NCBI RefSeq assembly: GCF_000142905.1
Contig: NW_013657655.1
Location: forward strand, 248,001-312,000
DNA length: 64,000 nucleotides
From: Thecamonas trahens ATCC 50062
Lineage: Eukaryota; Protista; Apusomonadida
Direction of reading: 5' to 3'
Shown one piece after another: positions 9,966 to 17,742 of the stretch. Numbering within the stretch: the first letter of the stretch is position 1; each line of letters starts with the position of its first letter. Under the pieces are notes generated by a model. That model worked only from the letters and a program-made list of their open reading frames with translations. It was not told where the DNA came from and did no database searches. Made by a program: the position numbers and the translations under genes.

Positions 9966-11363
9966 ATGGCGGCTGTTTGCCCGGACACCTCGGCGCTCCA
10001 AGCATCAGAGTTTCGGCTCCGCCGCAGGCTGGGAGCCCTCGCCGAGGCCTCAGGCGATCACACCTCCCTCATCACGCTGCTGCTGCCGGGAAAGACGCAG
10101 GTGGCGCAGGTGGCGAGCATGCTCAAGGGCGAGGCGGCCAAGGCGGTCAACATCAAGTCGCGCGTCAACCGCCACTCGGTCCTCGCCGCCCTCACCGCCG
10201 CTCAATCGCAGCTCGCCCGCTACGCCTCGCGCGGCCTGCCCGACCATGGCCTGGCGCTGTTTGTCGGCCGCGACCGCGGTGGCAAGATGCTGAGCGAGGT
10301 CATTGTCCCCCACCACCCCATCCGCCGCAAGCGCTACCACTGCGGCCCGCGGTTCGAGGTCGGCGACCTTGTCCGCGACCTCGAGGCCCATGACGCCATC
10401 GGGTTCATCATCGTCGACGGCAAGTCGACCCTCTTTGCCCGCGTCGCCGGCTCGACCGCCACCGAGCTTCTTCACTTTCGCATCCAGCTGCCGCGAAAGC
10501 ATGGTCGCGGCGGCCAGTCTGCGCCGCGCTTTGCCCGCCTCCGCGAAGAGGCCCGCCACAACTACGTCCGCAAGATCGCCGAGGAGGCAGCCCGCCTCTT
10601 CCTCGGCGCCGATCACGCACCGAACATTGCCGGCCTCGTCCTCGCCGGCTCGGCCGACCTCAAGTCGGTTGTCTCGTCGTCAGCCCTCCTCGACCCGCGC
10701 CTTGCTGCCATCGTCATCGGCACTCTCGACGTCGCATACGGAGGACGCAACGGCCTGCGCCAGGCCATCGCGGACGCTGCGCCGCTTCTCGGCTCGGCCC
10801 GCATCGCCGCCCAGCGCGCAATCCTCGGCTCGCTCCTTGAGGCTATCGCGCTAGACACCAACACCTACGCCCTCGGCCCGCAGGACGTTCTCGCTGCCCT
10901 CGACATGGGCGCCGTCGACCAGCTCGTGGTCTGGGACAAGCTCTCCGCCGTCCGGCGCGAGTACGCGCCCGCATCTGACGCCACCGGCGACCTACCCACC
11001 GCCGCTCACATAGTCCTCGTCGCCGACCCGGTCTCGCGTCGCATCCCCCCGCCGCCGCCCGGCTACGACCTCGTCGCCGAGTCGCCTCTCGTCGACTGGC
11101 TCGCTCAGCACTACCTTGACTTTGGCGCCACCATCCACTTTGTCTCGGACGCCACCAGCGAAGGATCTCAGCTGGCGCGTGGCCTCGGCGGCGTGGCGGC
11201 AGTCCTCCGATACTCGGTCGACTGGGCCGCCATCGACGGCTTTGCCGACGACGACGCCAGCGACGACGACTTGTGGGACGACGACAACGACAGCAACAGC
11301 AACAGCGGCAGCGATACCGACTCTGCCAACGCCGACCTCGATCCGTTTGCCACCTTCATGTAA
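9966..11363 (+). CDS. Divergent eukaryotic peptide chain release factor 1 (eRF1) homologue, intronless
   Basis: NIKSRVNR, YHCGPRF, LPRKHGRGGQSAPRFARLR, HNYVRKIAE, LAGSADLK, DVAYGGRNG, TSEGSQLARGLGGVAAVLRY, acidic tail. Confidence 0.93.
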   Translation: MAAVCPDTSALQASEFRLRRRLGALAEASGDHTSLITLLLPGKTQVAQVASMLKGEAAKAVNIKSRVNRHSVLAALTAAQSQLARYASRGLPDHGLALFVGRDRGGKMLSEVIVPHHPIRRKRYHCGPRFEVGDLVRDLEAHDAIGFIIVDGKSTLFARVAGSTATELLHFRIQLPRKHGRGGQSAPRFARLREEARHNYVRKIAEEAARLFLGADHAPNIAGLVLAGSADLKSVVSSSALLDPRLAAIVIGTLDVAYGGRNGLRQAIADAAPLLGSARIAAQRAILGSLLEAIALDTNTYALGPQDVLAALDMGAVDQLVVWDKLSAVRREYAPASDATGDLPTAAHIVLVADPVSRRIPPPPPGYDLVAESPLVDWLAQHYLDFGATIHFVSDATSEGSQLARGLGGVAAVLRYSVDWAAIDGFADDDASDDDLWDDDNDSNSNSGSDTDSANADLDPFATFM

Positions 11364-11375
11364 AGGGTGCGCGAC

Positions 11376-11757
11376 TCAAGCCGAGAAGAACCTGTCCCCA
11401 CCATCCCGATCCCGGCCAGGAGCGAGCGTCCATCGTGTGTGGCCGTGTGAGTGTGTGTGGCAGGAGTGCGGGGCTGTCCCCTCCCCCTCTCTCTCTCTCT
11501 CCCCTCCTCCCCCTCACATACACCAGCATGAGAAAGATGACTAGCACGTTCCACACCGCCACCAGACCACGGAGGGTGCGCAGGGCGGCAAGGACGTTGC
11601 CCAGCTTGGCCACAACCGAGCTGCTGTCGTCGGCCACCTCACCAAAGTCGGCGGCGGCAGACGGCGCCCGCTTGAGCTTGTACTTGAGCACAGCACCGGC
11701 ATTGACCACCAGCGTCACCGCAAGCACCAGGTCCGACAGCCGGAACAGTCCCATCAT
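11376..11757 (-). CDS. SMIM7: Small integral membrane protein 7-like
   Basis: Exons 11757-11522 and 11391-11376 (GTATGT..CAG). DLVLAVTLVVNAGAVLKYKLK..FGE..LRTLRGLVAVWNVLVIFLMLVFFSA resembles SMIM7 (TLLMNAGAVLNFKLK..IALWNIFMMFCMIVLF). Confidence 0.8.
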
Positions 11758-12604
11758 CCTGCCTGTCTGCTCCTCTCCCGGGTATTGGCGATAGTCAGGT
11801 GTCCGGGCCGGCCAAGGCGATAGAGGCGCCAACCCCCCCCTCCCTTCCCCCTCCCCCTCCCCCTCCCCTCCGTCCCTCCCTCCGTCCCTCCGTCCCTCCG
11901 TCCCTCTCCTCGCCCCTCGCTGACTCGTCCTTCTACTACCCTCCCCCCCCCCTCCCGATCTACCACTGCACACCCTCTCTCTCCCCTCTGCCGCCCTCCA
12001 TTACACCCGATTCCCCCTTCGCACTNNNNNNNNNNNNNNNNNNNNNNNNNNNNNNNNNNNNNNNNNNNNNNNNNNNNNNNNNNNNNNNNNNNNNNNNNNN
12101 NNNNNNNNNNNNNNNNNNNNNNNNNNNNNNNNNNNNNNNNNNNNNNNNNNNNNNNNNNNNNNNNNNNNNNNNNNNNNNNNNNNNNNNNNNNNNNNNNNNN
12201 NNNNNNNNNNNNNNNNNNNNNNNNNNNNNNNNNNNNNNNNNNNNNNNNNNNNNNNNNNNNNNNNNNNNNNNNNNNNNNNNNNNNNNNNNNNNNNNNNNNN
12301 NNNNNNNNNNNNNNNNNNNNNNNNNNNNNNNNNNNNNNNNNNNNNNNNNNNNNNNNNNNNNNNNNNNNNNNNNNNNNNNNNNNNNNNNNNNNNNNNNNNN
12401 NNNNNNNNNNNNNNNNNNNNNNNNNNNNNNNNNNNCTCTCTCCCCGCGCCGTCTGCCATCCACCTCACTGCCCCCCCCCTCCCTCACGGCCACACCACAC
12501 TCGACGCACCTCACGGGCGACAACGAGTGCGATAACCGGACGCTGTGTCTCCTGGCTCTCCTTGCAACGGCTCGTCCTCTCTCTTGTTGCTGTTGGTCTG
12601 CTGG

Positions 12605-13579
12605 ATGTTGCGGCTATCCACTCACTTCGCCCCGCTCCGCGCGGCGCTCAACCCCGCTACTTGCGCTGCGCCGTCGGCGGTTGGCGGCGCTGCCATGCTG
12701 CGGTTTGCGTCAACGAGCGTACATCCGTCGGCGATTGTGTCAGAAGACGCGGTGCTCGCCGATGATGTCGTCGTCGGCCCGTATGCTGTCATCGAGGGCG
12801 CTACGGTGCTGGGGCGTGGCACGTCGGTGGGCGCGCACGCCCTGGTGGCCGAGCACACCACGCTCGGCGCTGGCGTTGCGGTCTTCCCGCACGCAGCAGT
12901 CGGCTGCATCCCACAAGACCGCAAGTTTAACGGCGAAGTGACTGCCACCGTCATTGACGACGACGCAGTCATCCGTGAGCATGCCACCATCCATCGCGGG
13001 ACGGCAGCGTCGGGGACGACGTTTGTTGGCGCAGGCGCGCTGGTCATGACCTCAGTCCACGTCGCGCACGACTGCCACGTCGGCGCCGGAGCCATCCTGG
13101 CCTCGTCAGCGCAGCTTGCCGGCCATGTTGTTGTTGGCGAGCGCGCCATCGTTGGCGGCCTCGCCGCACTCCACCAGTTTGTTCACATCGGCGCCGGCGC
13201 CATGGTTGGCGGCCTGGCGGCCGTCCGCGGACACGTCCTCCCACACACGCTCGTCAAGGGCAACGACGCTCGGGCGGTCGGGCTCAATCTCACCGGTCTC
13301 CGTCGCGCCGGCTGGACCAACCCCGCCATCCGCGCCCTCCTCGCGGCGTACGCGTACTTGGTGGATGACAGCTCGATGCTGCGGACTGGGACGCCGCCAG
13401 TCGAGCTCGCGACCGACGCCACCTTTGCCGGCCGCGCCGCGACACTAGCGGCCGCCGCCGAGTCGGAGCTTGCACAGACACCCGAGGCTGCGGCAGCCGC
13501 GGCAGCCCTGGGAGCTTTCGTCACCCGCATGGATCCGGGCGCGGCCGCCAAGTGCGGCTTTGTGGTCCACGCCCGCTGA
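12605..13579 (+). CDS. lpxA: UDP-N-acetylglucosamine O-acyltransferase (LpxA) with mitochondrial-like presequence
   Basis: Hexapeptide LbH repeats; PQDRKFNGE, IREHATIHRGT, VHVAHDC, LAGHV, HQFVHIG, GLNLTGLRRAG; N-terminus MLRLSTHFAPLRAAL. Confidence 0.92.
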   Translation: MLRLSTHFAPLRAALNPATCAAPSAVGGAAMLRFASTSVHPSAIVSEDAVLADDVVVGPYAVIEGATVLGRGTSVGAHALVAEHTTLGAGVAVFPHAAVGCIPQDRKFNGEVTATVIDDDAVIREHATIHRGTAASGTTFVGAGALVMTSVHVAHDCHVGAGAILASSAQLAGHVVVGERAIVGGLAALHQFVHIGAGAMVGGLAAVRGHVLPHTLVKGNDARAVGLNLTGLRRAGWTNPAIRALLAAYAYLVDDSSMLRTGTPPVELATDATFAGRAATLAAAAESELAQTPEAAAAAAALGAFVTRMDPGAAAKCGFVVHAR

Positions 13580-13591
13580 TGGGCAGCCACG

Positions 13592-14836
13592 TTAGGCGTC
13601 AAAAAGCGCCCCGCCCTGGACAGCGGCACGCGCGCGCAGCGTCTCCAGCTCGGCCTCCTTCTCGGCACGCATAGCGTCGATGAGTGGCTCCTGGTAGACC
13701 TCGTCGACGGCCGCGTCGACATGTTCCTGCTCCACCTCGGGATCGGTCCGCCCAAACACCTCGGCGTGGACCTTGAGCCAGGCGTCCAGGAGCGCAACAC
13801 CGGTGGTCGGCACCGCCCCGCCGCCGGACATGGTGCCACCGCCCGACCGGGCCAGCCGCGGCGGCGACCCGATATCTTCAAACGAGTCGCTCCCGGCAGG
13901 CACGTAAACCGCCTTGGTGTGGTCAGTGACCGGCTCGCCGGCGAGCGGCATGCCGAACCCGTAGTGGTTGAGGACGTTCTTGAGCCGCTTGATCGACGAC
14001 CGCGACGAGAGCGCAGAGTACACCAGCGTAGCACCGTAAACATGGGCCAGAACACGGAGCGTCCCGGCTGCCACACGCTGCGCCTGAAGTTCGGACGAAG
14101 ACACACCGTCGTAGTTGGCCGCCACCAGCACAATTGGGATGGCGCCGGCCCGGAGCGCGAGCGCATCCGGATGGTTGTCACCGTATCGCGCCCACACCCT
14201 GCCGCCTCGGGCAGAGCCAGCCCGGGCCGCCCGCTTGTTGATTGCGTGGCCCGCCACAAGCTCAAGCCAGGCATGGGCGGTCGCGGCCAGCTCGGCCGGG
14301 CGGAGGAGGTCGACGACGACAACGACACAGCCCGAGGCGGCGCGGGCCGGCGGCAGCGCCACCTCCAGCAGCGAGCCGAGACCCATCCGCCCACCGCCCA
14401 TCTCCCAGATGTGCGCCACGGCAGCATCAAGTGAGGCGCCGACCACCCGCCGCCCAAAGGTGTACTCGAGCGCCTGGGTCGGCTTGGTCTCGCGCCGGCG
14501 CCGTCCGCTCCCGTCGCCCTCACCGGCCGGAGCAAACGAGCCGGCGTCGCGGTCGCCGAGCATGACCTGGATACGGGCGGTCTTCCCTGCGCCGGCGGGA
14601 CCCACAAAGACTAGCGTGGCCTCGCGAGTGCCACGCGGGGGCTCGCTCTCGCCCGCTGCGCCGTCACCACTCGCGCCCAGGCTGCTCCCTGCGGCTGCGG
14701 CTGCGACGGCTGCGGCAGCGCCAGGCGGGAGGGCGGTGAACAGGGTGGCCCGCTCAAGGGCCTCTGCCGACGGCTCGGGCTGGGCCAGCTCGTGGGCCGT
14801 GCGGAGCACCGCCGACCACACGTCCTCCTTCTCCAT
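13592..14836 (-). CDS. DYNC2LI1: Cytoplasmic dynein-2 (IFT) light intermediate chain
   Basis: P-loop VGPAGAGKT, KPTQALEYTFGRR, AHIWEMGGG, VVVDLLRP, TDHTKAVYVPAGSDSFEDIGSP, EPLIDAMRAEKEAEL. Confidence 0.92.
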   Translation of the reverse strand: MEKEDVWSAVLRTAHELAQPEPSAEALERATLFTALPPGAAAAVAAAAAGSSLGASGDGAAGESEPPRGTREATLVFVGPAGAGKTARIQVMLGDRDAGSFAPAGEGDGSGRRRRETKPTQALEYTFGRRVVGASLDAAVAHIWEMGGGRMGLGSLLEVALPPARAASGCVVVVVDLLRPAELAATAHAWLELVAGHAINKRAARAGSARGGRVWARYGDNHPDALALRAGAIPIVLVAANYDGVSSSELQAQRVAAGTLRVLAHVYGATLVYSALSSRSSIKRLKNVLNHYGFGMPLAGEPVTDHTKAVYVPAGSDSFEDIGSPPRLARSGGGTMSGGGAVPTTGVALLDAWLKVHAEVFGRTDPEVEQEHVDAAVDEVYQEPLIDAMRAEKEAELETLRARAAVQGGALFDA

Positions 14837-14946
14837 GGATGTGTGTTGGGGGAGTTCTACGGCGGGAGTGGAGTGGGAGCGGGTGGCCAGGCGGGGTGGC
14901 GCGGGGCAGTGTGGCGCCTTGGCGCTTTTACCGAGCCGGGGCCCAA

Positions 14947-16056
14947 CTAGTGGACGTATTCGTCGACGCGACGGAGCTTGTAGAGGTACTGCGATGCGGC
15001 ACGAGTAACGCCTGGAGGCGGCGGTGGGAGCGCGGACGATGGCGATGTGTTCGGCGGGGTGGGCGAGGACTGCGGCGAGGACTTGGGTGTGAGGCCCGAC
15101 GGGCGAAGGCCGGGAGGCGCAGCGGCAGGTGATGCCGGCAGCGGTTGGCGGGAGCCGGTGGCTGGCGGTGTTCCGACAACGAGCGGTGCCGAGAACGACT
15201 TCAGTGTCGCAGTCTCGGACGAGTCGATGGGCTTGGAGGAGAAGAGGAGCTGGCCGAGCGAGAGCGGCTTGGCCCGCTTGGCCGGCCCCGACGCCGGCTC
15301 GGTCCCGGTGGCGGCGGTGGATGCGGCGTCTTGCTCCGGCTCGCGGGTTCGCTTGCGGCTCTGTTGCGTGCTGACCGGCGGAGGGGCCGAGTGCGAGGCT
15401 GTTGCCTGCAGGAGCGCGGACGAAGGAGCAACAGGATGCGGCTGCGGTGCGGCGGGCGCGACTGCAGACGCCTCGGCAGGCATGTTGAGGGCGATTTGCG
15501 AGATGGGCGACTTTTGCGGAGTCGACAACGCCCACGGAGCGTTGGTCAGCGTGGCGGGCGCGGCGGGGGCGAGAGCGGCAAAGCGGCGCTCGAGGCGCGA
15601 GGCGCGATCGAGGGCGACGGGCGGGCGCGGAGCCGGCGGAGCGCGCGGCTGCGGGACGGCGAGACCATCATCAAGCGAGCGCTCGCGAGGCGGGAGCCAC
15701 GAGCCGGAATCGATGGGGATGCCACCGCCAGTGGCGGGCTTGAAGGCGATCGAGGAGCGCGAGGCGAGCATGGCAGAGCGCTTGGCCTTGGCGGCGGCGA
15801 GGAGGGCGGAGGCGTCGATGGGCACATCGCGCATGACGGGCGGGATCCACTGATCGAGGACGCCCGAAACGTTTCCATCGAGCCCATGGAGGGCAAGGAG
15901 GCGGGTGGGCATGGCCGGGTTGTGAAAGGCTGCGCTGGCGAGGAGGGCAGCGCGTGGCAAGGTGCCGGTCGACTCGGCCACGGCGCGCAGGGTGGCCAAC
16001 CGCTCATGAGCCGCCCGGGTCACCGCCACCACGTGCGGAGGCAGGGTGTAGTCCAT
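14947..16056 (-). CDS. Hypothetical protein with possible HCNGP/SAP30BP-like N-terminal region
   Basis: LLASAAFHNPAMPTRLLALHGLDGNVS weakly resembles the HCNGP core (..FRNPSIYEKLI..ID..GTN); the rest is Ala/Pro-rich. Start uncertain. Confidence 0.45.
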   Translation of the reverse strand: MDYTLPPHVVAVTRAAHERLATLRAVAESTGTLPRAALLASAAFHNPAMPTRLLALHGLDGNVSGVLDQWIPPVMRDVPIDASALLAAAKAKRSAMLASRSSIAFKPATGGGIPIDSGSWLPPRERSLDDGLAVPQPRAPPAPRPPVALDRASRLERRFAALAPAAPATLTNAPWALSTPQKSPISQIALNMPAEASAVAPAAPQPHPVAPSSALLQATASHSAPPPVSTQQSRKRTREPEQDAASTAATGTEPASGPAKRAKPLSLGQLLFSSKPIDSSETATLKSFSAPLVVGTPPATGSRQPLPASPAAAPPGLRPSGLTPKSSPQSSPTPPNTSPSSALPPPPPGVTRAASQYLYKLRRVDEYVH

Positions 16057-16225
16057 ATGTGGAGAGGCGAAGAGGTGTGTGGGATGTAAGGTGTGGGTGT
16101 GGCGTGGCGTGGGGTGGAGTGGAGGTGGGAGGGGGAGGTGGGTGTGACGCGTGCGCGCAGGCGAGGCGACGAGTGAGCGAGAACGAAAGGCAAGACCAAT
16201 TTGCTCACCCGTGGTCATTGGCCTA

Positions 16226-16404
16226 GCCATATTGGCGGCGGTGGCAGTGGCAGTGGCAGTGGCAGTGGCAGTGGCAGTGGCAGTGGCAGTGGCAGTGGCA
16301 GTGGCAGTGGCAGTGGCAGTGGCAGTGGCAGTGGCAGTGGCCATATTGGCGGCGGTGGCAGTGGCAGTGGCAGTGGCAGTGGCAGTGGCAGTGGCAGTGG
16401 CAGT
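16226..16404 (+). repeat. (GTGGCA)n hexanucleotide microsatellite in two blocks, each preceded by GCCATATTGGCGGCG
   Basis: Read directly; lies between the divergent starts at 16056 (-) and 16458 (+). Confidence 0.95.
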
Positions 16405-16457
16405 CGCTCGCTCTCTCCTACTCTCCTACTCGCTCGCACTCCTGTCTCCCCTTCCCC

Positions 16458-17699
16458 ATGCCCCCTCCCGCCTTGGCTCTGGCCCTGGCCCTTACCCTGG
16501 CTCTGGCAGCACCTGCTGTTGCAGGCCCTCCTCGCCTTGGCGCCGCCCTTGATGACGGCCCGTTCAAGTGCTCGGCAGCGCCGTCGCAGTTGCCGTCGGC
16601 CTCGGCGCTGTGCCACCCGGTCGATCCGAGCAAGGTTCTCATTGACTCTGTGGTGGTCATCAATCTCAAGCGCCGCAGTGATCGACTCTCCGCTGTCTCG
16701 GCTGCACTCTCTGCCGCAGGACTCCGCGCTCTGCGCTTCCCGGCCGTCGACGGCAAGGTCCTCTCCTCGTTCGAGGTTGCCATGTACAACGCCAAGGCCA
16801 TCCGCGATCTCACCCCGGGCCTGGTTGGCAACCTCATGTCGCACTCGCGTGTCTGGGCCCGCACCGCCTCGGCTGGCCTTGCCTCCATGCTTGTTCTTGA
16901 GGACGACGCCACCTTTTCGGCCGATCTTGTGGAGGCGCTGCCGGCCCGCATGGCCGAGCTCAATGCCCTCGACCCGGCATGGGACATCGCGTACACCGGT
17001 CGCCTCACTGTCGGTGAGACCCGCATGCTCCTCACCGACGAAAATGTCATCTCACACTACGACAACCGCGACGACGTTCGCCTCTCCGACCATATCATTT
17101 CGCCTGGCCCGTCAGAGGGCATGTGGGGCTATCTTATCTCGGCCCGCGGCGCCCGCAAGCTGCTCGATCTCTACGCCAAATCGCCCATCCTCTACGACGT
17201 CGACCTCCTTCTCCACACACCGGCTATCCGCAACGAGCTTGCCATGTACGCCTTTGTTCCTGTCCTCACCTCGTTTGACGAGGCCGATGCCTACTCGGAC
17301 GACTCCGGCACCAACACCGCCACAAACCTCCTCAAGCGCGCCAACAAGCTCATCGGTGCAGGTCTCTTCGCAGAAGCCATCTCGCGCTACGAGCGCGCCC
17401 TCGAAATCGGCCTCTCTGGCGCCGAGCATGCCTGGGCCCACACAAACATGGCGTACATCAAGGACCTGCACTTTGCAGACGTCGCCGCCGCCGCCGCGCA
17501 CTTTGAGGCCGCCGCCACAACCCCGGGTGTCTCGCCGCCCGCCATGGCCGATACTCTCGCCAACTACTGCTTTTTCCACTACCGCCACAACAACTACGCC
17601 GAGGCACTCACAAAGTGCGACGCTGCCCTCCAGCTGGACCCCTCGCACGAAAAGGCCAAAGCCAATCGCGCTTCCGTCGTCGCAGCCCTCGACGGCTAG
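16458..17699 (+). CDS. Secreted/lumenal glycosyltransferase family 25 protein with C-terminal TPR repeats
   Basis: Signal peptide MPPPALALALALTLALAAPAVA; VINLKRRSDR, FPAVDG, SHSRVW, LVLEDDA, GYLISARGARKLL; TPR-like FAEAISRYERALEI and YAEALTKCDAALQLDPSHEKA. Confidence 0.85.
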   Translation: MPPPALALALALTLALAAPAVAGPPRLGAALDDGPFKCSAAPSQLPSASALCHPVDPSKVLIDSVVVINLKRRSDRLSAVSAALSAAGLRALRFPAVDGKVLSSFEVAMYNAKAIRDLTPGLVGNLMSHSRVWARTASAGLASMLVLEDDATFSADLVEALPARMAELNALDPAWDIAYTGRLTVGETRMLLTDENVISHYDNRDDVRLSDHIISPGPSEGMWGYLISARGARKLLDLYAKSPILYDVDLLLHTPAIRNELAMYAFVPVLTSFDEADAYSDDSGTNTATNLLKRANKLIGAGLFAEAISRYERALEIGLSGAEHAWAHTNMAYIKDLHFADVAAAAAHFEAAATTPGVSPPAMADTLANYCFFHYRHNNYAEALTKCDAALQLDPSHEKAKANRASVVAALDG

Positions 17700-17742
17700 T
17701 CAACGGGCGTTTCCTGCACGCCAACACGGTGTGCATCAACCT

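Noticed and set aside
9966-11363. Divergent eRF1 as the cause of the frameshifts (Euplotes-like) or of a variant genetic code
   Set aside because: The breaks need -1 rather than +1 shifts and share no slippery-codon-plus-stop motif. All three stops terminate conserved genes, and I saw no in-frame stops at conserved positions.
11799-12523. ORFs spanning N runs (also at 28741-28840 and 40331-40507)
   Set aside because: Artefacts of assembly gaps and flanking low-complexity tracts.
14837-15535. N-terminal extension of the D2LIC ORF (and similar extensions of eRF1, NCL, TSC1, SMG7-like ORFs)
   Set aside because: It overlaps the neighbouring gene or promoter, and homology starts at the downstream ATG.
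16201-16420. Poly-GS, poly-AT, poly-AV and poly-LP peptides in the ORF track
   Set aside because: These are translations of the (GTGGCA)n microsatellite, upstream of the plausible starts.
12605-17699. LpxA plus GT25 as an LPS-like biosynthetic cluster
   Set aside because: They are separated by unrelated genes, their predicted compartments differ (mitochondrion versus secretory pathway), and no other Lpx genes are in the window.
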